From NCBI RefSeq assembly GCF_009914755.1, contig NC_060925.1: 64,000 bases of DNA, one strand, 5' to 3'. A program made the translations under genes and the position numbers. Shown one piece after another: positions 57,619-64,000 of the stretch (the first letter of the stretch is position 1; each line of letters starts with the position of its first letter). Below the pieces are notes generated by a model. It was not told the origin of the DNA. It made no database searches and saw only the letters and a list, made by a program, of their open reading frames with translations. The stretch comes from the human T2T-CHM13v2.0 reference genome, Homo sapiens.

Positions 57619-57692
57619 TATGTGTATGCATGGGTGTGTCATGCATGTATGAGTGTGTCTGTGTGTATATATATGTGTGTGTGTATATGTGC
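57619..57692. repeat. Degenerate (TG/TA)n microsatellite
   Basis: TGTGTATGCATGGGTGTGTCATGCATGTATGAGTGTGTCTGTGTGTATATATATGTGTGTGTGTATATGTGC. Confidence 0.75.
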
Positions 57693-58510
57693 ATATCCTT
57701 TGAATATCACCTTTGGAACTGGCCTAATGCCTCCTGCCTCAGACCAAAATTGATTCCAGGGACAAAGCACATTGCTGAGCCTGCAGTGAGAATTACCTGG
57801 TTCCAGCCATGGGGGAGAGAACATTCGCAAAGGCAGGATGGAGACCTGCGGCCTAAGCTGGCTGGCAGAATCTCTATAGGGTTTGTGGGCATCTTCACAA
57901 ACAGGCTGGATAAACTGTCATGATTCTTATTTGGCAGTTTATACAGTGGCAAATTGATTTTTTGTTTCTCATGGCTATCCACTGAAAATGCCCAGGGATG
58001 CTCAAGGATAACAGAAGAATGTGTGAAATCACTGACTCCTAAGCCTTGTTCTAATGATGATTGGTGACTGCTGGGCAGAGCTGTTGTCGTGCAGAATGGC
58101 ACAAGGTTGATTTTGCTTAAACAAGCCAGGGAATATACCTAGATGGCCAATCAAGGAATTTTCTATGTGAGAATGTTATTCTAAAAGCTTAATCTCTGTT
58201 TGATTTATAATTGTTAAAGATTTCCAGTAGCACAAGAATCCTGTTCTCTCTACATTGAATGCAGGTTCTTCTCATTGGCCATACCTGTAGAAGTGTCAGA
58301 GGTTCAACTCAGAAATAGTGAAAACTGGATTTTAACAACACTGTATGGTCTTTTAAACTTTCGTTTGCAAATATTTAAGCAACAATTTCCTTCTTGGTGC
58401 TCTGTGAAGCTGGAATAGAACTGAGAGTTCGTGCTTTGTTCAGTTGTGTATAAAATGTAGTAAGGTCACAATCATTTAGGAAGCAACCCTGGGGCCTCTA
58501 AAAACTACTA

Positions 58511-59275
58511 GGCCGCGCGTAGTGGCTCACACCAGTAATTTCAGCACTCTGGGAGGCTGAGGTGAGCAGGTTGCATGAGTCCAGGAGTTTGAGACCGCCC
58601 TGGGCAACATAGATAAACCCCGACTCTACTAAAAATACAAAAAATTAACCAAGTGTGGTAGTGTACGCCTGTAATCACAGCTACTCGAGGAGTTGGGGTG
58701 GGATAATCACCTGAGCCCAGGCGGTCGAGGCTACAGTGAGCCGAGATTGTGCCATTGCACTCCAGCCTGGGCAACCAGAGTGAGAACATGTCTAAAAAAG
58801 AAAACTCTGGGTGTGGTGGCTCATGCCTGTAATCCTAGCACTTTGGGAGGCCGAGGCAGGAGGATTGCCTGAGCTCAGGGGTTCGAGACTAGCCTGGGAA
58901 ACACGTTGAAACCCCGTCTCTACTAAAATACAAAAATTTAGCCAGGCGTGGCGGTGTGTGCCTGTAGTCCTAGCTTACTCGGGAGGCTGAGGCAGGAGAA
59001 TTGCTTTAAGCCAGGAGACAGAGGTTGCACAGTGAGCTGAGATCGTGCCACTGCACTCCAGCCTGGGCAACAGAGCAAGACTGTCTCCAAAAAAAAAAAA
59101 AAAATTAAAAATTACCCAGGCTTAGTGATGCATGCCTGTAGTCCCAGCTACTCAGGAGGCTGAGGTGGGAAGATTGGTCAAGCTCGAGGCTGCAGTGCGC
59201 TGTGATTGCGCCACTGCACTCAGCCTGGGTGACAGAGTGAAACCCTGTCTCAAAGACAAAAAAAAACAAAACCAA
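58511..59275 (+). mobile_element. Head-to-tail Alu cluster: AluJ (58511-58803), Alu (58807-59103), AluJ right arm (59105-59275)
   Basis: Three consecutive same-strand Alu units separated only by their A-rich tails. Confidence 0.9.
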
Positions 59276-60616
59276 CCAACAAACTCCACCACCACCAACA
59301 CAACTCTACTATTTGTGAAGGCTTTTAAGCTGTGTTTGCATCACCCTCCCAAACAGCTCATTTCAATATAAATGATCACTTGGAAGGATCAGTCAAGTTA
59401 ATTTAACGGCTTGATTTAAATGTACAACAATCAATGAACTGATTTGAAGTTGTATGCTCAGTGAAATGTCTTGAATAGGGCTTTGACTTCCATCAAAGTT
59501 TGGCTTTGTAATGCAATAGAATGGTATTGATTATGTTAGATCTTATTAGCAACTTTTGATATCTTTGACCTCCAGTTAGATAGTTAAACATTAGAAATCT
59601 GCCTGAATTAAGTACTAAACATGGATAAATTTTGTTCTAAAGTAGTTTCTATCTTTAAGAAGGTACAGAATGGCATAGTTCTGTTCTTCTTATAATTAAT
59701 AAGAATTAAATGATCGACTGGTTTCTGAAGTTGGATGCTGGATCTATCACAACCTCCTTGAGTATAAGCTAGCAGAATGGCTAGGTAGCAAAGGACCGTA
59801 AAAGGGATGCTTGTCATCCGGGCAAAGGTGGCCTTAGAATTAAGAAAGTCTTTGAGTTCCCTTATCTTTTCTCTCACCTTTCTAGTATATACCCAAAGAC
59901 AAATGTACAGATTATTTTTACTGTTTTTATAATTGAAATACAAAAAAAGAGAAAATTCTGGCAACTTCAGAAACCACCTTGTTAGTTTATTGTGGGTATC
60001 CATCATTGTATAAACCAATTTAATAGGGTGCTATGGTTGCCAAAGAGTCTGATCTCCAGATTTTCTCAGCACTTCCCATCTGCTCACACAATAGCCAGAA
60101 GACGTTTGCTTTCCTGGAGATAGCATAATGCTTTAAAACTGCCTGAAGAAATCTACCCACCCAAGCTGTTTTAATAAGGTTAAGTGTGTAAAATATTCAT
60201 CCCACAGGATATATGCCCATATGCCGTCTTATCATTAGTCATAAAAAACAAACACTTAATTATTCCGATCTCTAAGGTCCATCTTTGTGGTTAGGCTCCG
60301 AGGGACTCCATGAACCAGGGGGTCTTATTTATCAGTGACAGTGTCTCTATCCAGACTTACTCCATGTTGTCATGGTATTTTATTTGTCTAGCCATCTTGT
60401 AAATGCTTATTCCTTGCTGTCAACCATCTCAACATGCTTGGAGGCAGATGGGCCCCTGGCACTCTCCATGGTATTCTTCACATCTCCTCTTGGGCTGTCA
60501 TATGCTCTCAAACACGCATAGGGAACGCTGAAATTTTGCTCTTTCTTCTAGAGAGTCTAGAGAGCCAGGAAGGAAGTTGTTGCTTACAGACCTGCAATAA
60601 GAAGACCATAAACTGT

Positions 60617-60984
<368 letters not shown>

Positions 60985-61159
60985 TTATGTCCTTATTCAC
61001 AGTCATCACCCACATTAGGCACTGAATGGAGAGAGAATAGGTGCATGTATCATTAAGATTACATTTTCCCAGAGGCAAAGTTGTCTGCACTTTCTTTTTG
61101 CAGTAATTTTAAATCAGCATGCATTTCAAATAGTACATGTATATTTCTACAGCAGACAT

Positions 61160-61375
61160 CTTTATATACCTAGTTAGGTATAATAAAACTATTAGATACC
61201 TATTTATATCTTAAATAAAATATATTTATTATTATATATCTATTTAAATTACCTATTAGATACTTTAATATACTATTTATCTATTTTGATCTACTGAATG
61301 TATTATTATATACCTATTTATATACCTAGATACCTATTTAAGTGTCTATCTATATTTGTATCTATACATATAGAT
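61160..61375. repeat. AT-rich decayed tandem repeat (ATACCTATTTAT / CTATTAGATAC units)
   Basis: Recurring ACCTATT and TAGATAC motifs in very AT-rich DNA. Confidence 0.6.
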
Positions 61376-61849
61376 CTCAAATGATGCCTACCTAAACATT
61401 AAAAGCAGTTCTCTCTAGGTGGTATAATTATAGATGGATTTCATTTCCTCCTATCGGCTTTTTGGTAGTTTTAAATTTTTCAACCAAAAATATGCTTTAC
61501 TTGTGTAATGATGAAAAAAAATGTTAAAACAACCCTTTCTAAACTAAAAACAGGATCTTTATGTGAGTGTAAATGATGTATGACTACCCCAATTATAAAA
61601 GCCATGGAAATCCAAAGATAGCCTCACGTCTGTCTCTCCCACAGAATGTACATCAGCAATGCACGCATGTGTTCCTTTTGCGCCGCATCACTGCTTCCCT
61701 GAAGAAGCCCGGCTCACACCACAAGGACAACAACAAGCACGCAGGAGAGAGTAGACTGGGGTCAGACAGAGCAATTGCAATCTTCCACTTTGATTTCCTG
61801 AGAACATAGTGGTGGGCAGAAACGTGCTATCAAAAAAGAGAGTAGGAAG

Positions 61850-62060
61850 AAACTAATGTTAGTAAGTGCCTATTTACAGCCTGGGGATTGGATGTGTTTG
61901 TTGTATCCTTTTTTCTTTATAATCTGGCATCACTCCTGTTTTGCAGATAAGGAAACTGAGGCTTGGAGAGGTAGATAACTCACTCATTGTGACTCACTAA
62001 CCTGTTGCAGAGCCAGCACTTGAACTGATTCTAAAAATTGCCACTCTTCCCACTCTACCT
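61850..62060 (-). mobile_element. MIR
   Basis: CCTGTTTTGCAGATAAGGAAACTGAGGCTTGGAGAGG. Confidence 0.7.
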
Positions 62061-63333
62061 CATTGTGTTATGTTTTCCAACTTCTAGAGAAGATAAGGCA
62101 GATCCATGCGACACAGACACATGTCAGCCACCTGTGACCACACTGCTTCTCTAGTGCTTTCCTACCGTGGGAGATAAACACCCCCCAGACTCTATCTAAG
62201 GCTACGCTTTCATGAGCCTTTTGCTTGCAGACTCACCCAATTAACAAAATTCTTTTGGACTTTTGATAATAAAACCTGTGCATGGAAGATTGAGGTTTTG
62301 ACATCTACCATAGTACAGTATGTGCTAACTAGGTCACCATCAGTAAAAATTGCCATTTGAAGTGTCACAAAATCTTGCCATGAAATCACTCATGAATCCT
62401 TCTAATCCTCCTTTCTTGACCCTGATTGATTACAACTGGAATGAGTAAGTATGGGAGGAATCTTTGATCCACTTTCCAATTGGCCAACTAATTTTGACTT
62501 GTACCTTGAATGTGACACTTGACTTGGAAGGATCCCTAAAAACAGGCTGGTCCTACCTCCTAGGCTACGCCCGGAGGAAGACTGTTAGGGCGACTGAGGC
62601 ATGTGGTAGGAGCTCTCCATGGGTTTGGGAATCCTCTCTTTTTTCCACCTGCAACCTACTTTCCAGCAGCCGCCACTCAACATTGACAGAGGACAGACTC
62701 TAATACTGTCTCTTCTCATGTTTGAAGCTCCAATTATCATCTCTTCTCCAGGCAAAACTTGTAGTTACTTGAAGCCTATATAAGATTGAGTGTTTATTAC
62801 GTGTTTTCCTTGTATTCTCTCTCTCCATTCTCACACATCTTATGGAGAAGGCACCATGGCTTCCAGGCCCCTCTCCATCCTGGTCAGCCTTGTTTAACCA
62901 TGTTATAATTTGACAAAAGTATCTTAATACATGGGGCCTGTCATCTAAAGTTAATCAAGTAAAAGGTTATTAATCTCACCTGTTTCCCTTCAATTTCATC
63001 CTTTCACAATGGTATGTCTATAAATCTCCCTCTGTTCCTGTCTCTTTCCCTCCCTCCCTCTCTCTCTCTTTTTCTGCCTCTTTTGCCCAAAGTGTAACGT
63101 ATTCCACATGCACAATATGGAAGTGTTCTTTTTTCACTAAACATATATCATGGATTTTCCTCTTGGTTAATGTATACAGATCTATTTTCAGAAGCTGAAC
63201 AACAGCCATTATTTGGATGTAACATAATTAACCATTTTCTTCTTGAGGAATATTCCGGTTGTTTCTTTTTCTTTTTCTTTCCTTGTGTGTGTGTGTATGT
63301 ACACTTTACCTTCCCTCCTTTTTTCATTCCTTC

Positions 63334-63702
63334 TGTCAACTGAAAAATCACACAATGTATACATTTAGAAAGGAGGCTTTATTTTTTATAAAGGCTTAGA
63401 GCCTGCAGGGTCCTGACAGGCTGGGAGGTGTAGCCTCCGGTAGAGGCCATGAGCAAGCACTGTGAAGGCGGAAAGGCGAGACAGGAAGGTATGCCACAGA
63501 GAGTTCATTCTGTCAGTCCTATGATCTCTATGTTAACATTAATTCTGGGCTGTTGTGGCTAAACTGCAAAAGGAAAGGTGCTTAATGAGGCCTGCCTGAC
63601 CTCCCACCCCATCATGTTTTTAAGATTTTTCCGGGGTCCCCTTGGCCAAGAGAGGGTCTGTCCAGTTGGTTGAGCGGCTTAAGATTTTATTTGTAGTTCT
63701 CA
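63334..63702 (-). mobile_element. MER4-group ERV1 solo LTR (MER72-like, probably internally deleted)
   Basis: Reverse complement starts TGAGAACTACAAATAAAATCTTAAGCCGCTCAACCAACTGGACAGACCCTCTCTTGGCCAAGGGGACCCC and ends TTTTTCAGTTGACA. Confidence 0.7.
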
Positions 63703-64000
63703 CTTTCTTCCCTGTCCCCCTATTCCCTCTTTCTTTCTTGAAACTCAATATATAAAGTTGCAATAAGCATCTAGCTCTTTTCCTTTTGTCTTTTGGCACT
63801 GTTATTTCTATAACATACACAAATACTGCCAAGAAGCCAAAGTTTGTACCTCCTTCACCAACGTAAGCAGGTACTAATTTTTTCTACAACCTTAACAGTG
63901 ACAGACATTATTACAAATTTTAAATTTTACCTAGTAGTTTTTTAAAGTTTGCCAATTTTTTATTGCATTATTTGTCCTTTTTGCATCAATATTTAGAAGG

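Noticed and set aside
61160-61375. Recurring short motifs suggesting a spaced (CRISPR-like) array
   Set aside because: Irregular, degenerate AT-rich units with no constant repeat or spacer length; human DNA.

Overview
Human genomic DNA, about 40% GC and rich in Alu and L1 repeats. I recognise it as the MAP10 (KIAA1383) locus, which I recall is at chr1q42.2. The only protein-coding gene is intronless MAP10 (+, ATG 1877 to TAA 4594, 905 aa). Its promoter is a CpG island carrying a TCTCGCGAGA (CGCG/BANP) element, and the reading frame stays open for at least 185 codons upstream of the ATG. The remaining ~59 kb is intergenic and dominated by transposons: about 25 Alus, a young 5'-truncated L1PA2, a twin-primed (5'-inverted) L1PB, old L1M/L2/MIR relics, solo LTRs (MER31, MER92, MER65, MER9, MaLR, LTR33-like) and hAT MITEs. 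Two spliceosomal snRNA retrocopies lie 2.2 kb apart on the minus strand: a full-length polyadenylated U1 and a 36-nt tailless U2. I see no convincing new biological system. The most testable oddities are the antisense U1 copy, which reads as a ready-made cryptic exon on the MAP10 strand, the tailless U2 copy, the open upstream frame of MAP10, and several nested or rearranged retrotransposon insertions. Repeat subfamily names come from my recall of consensus sequences and need RepeatMasker/Dfam confirmation.
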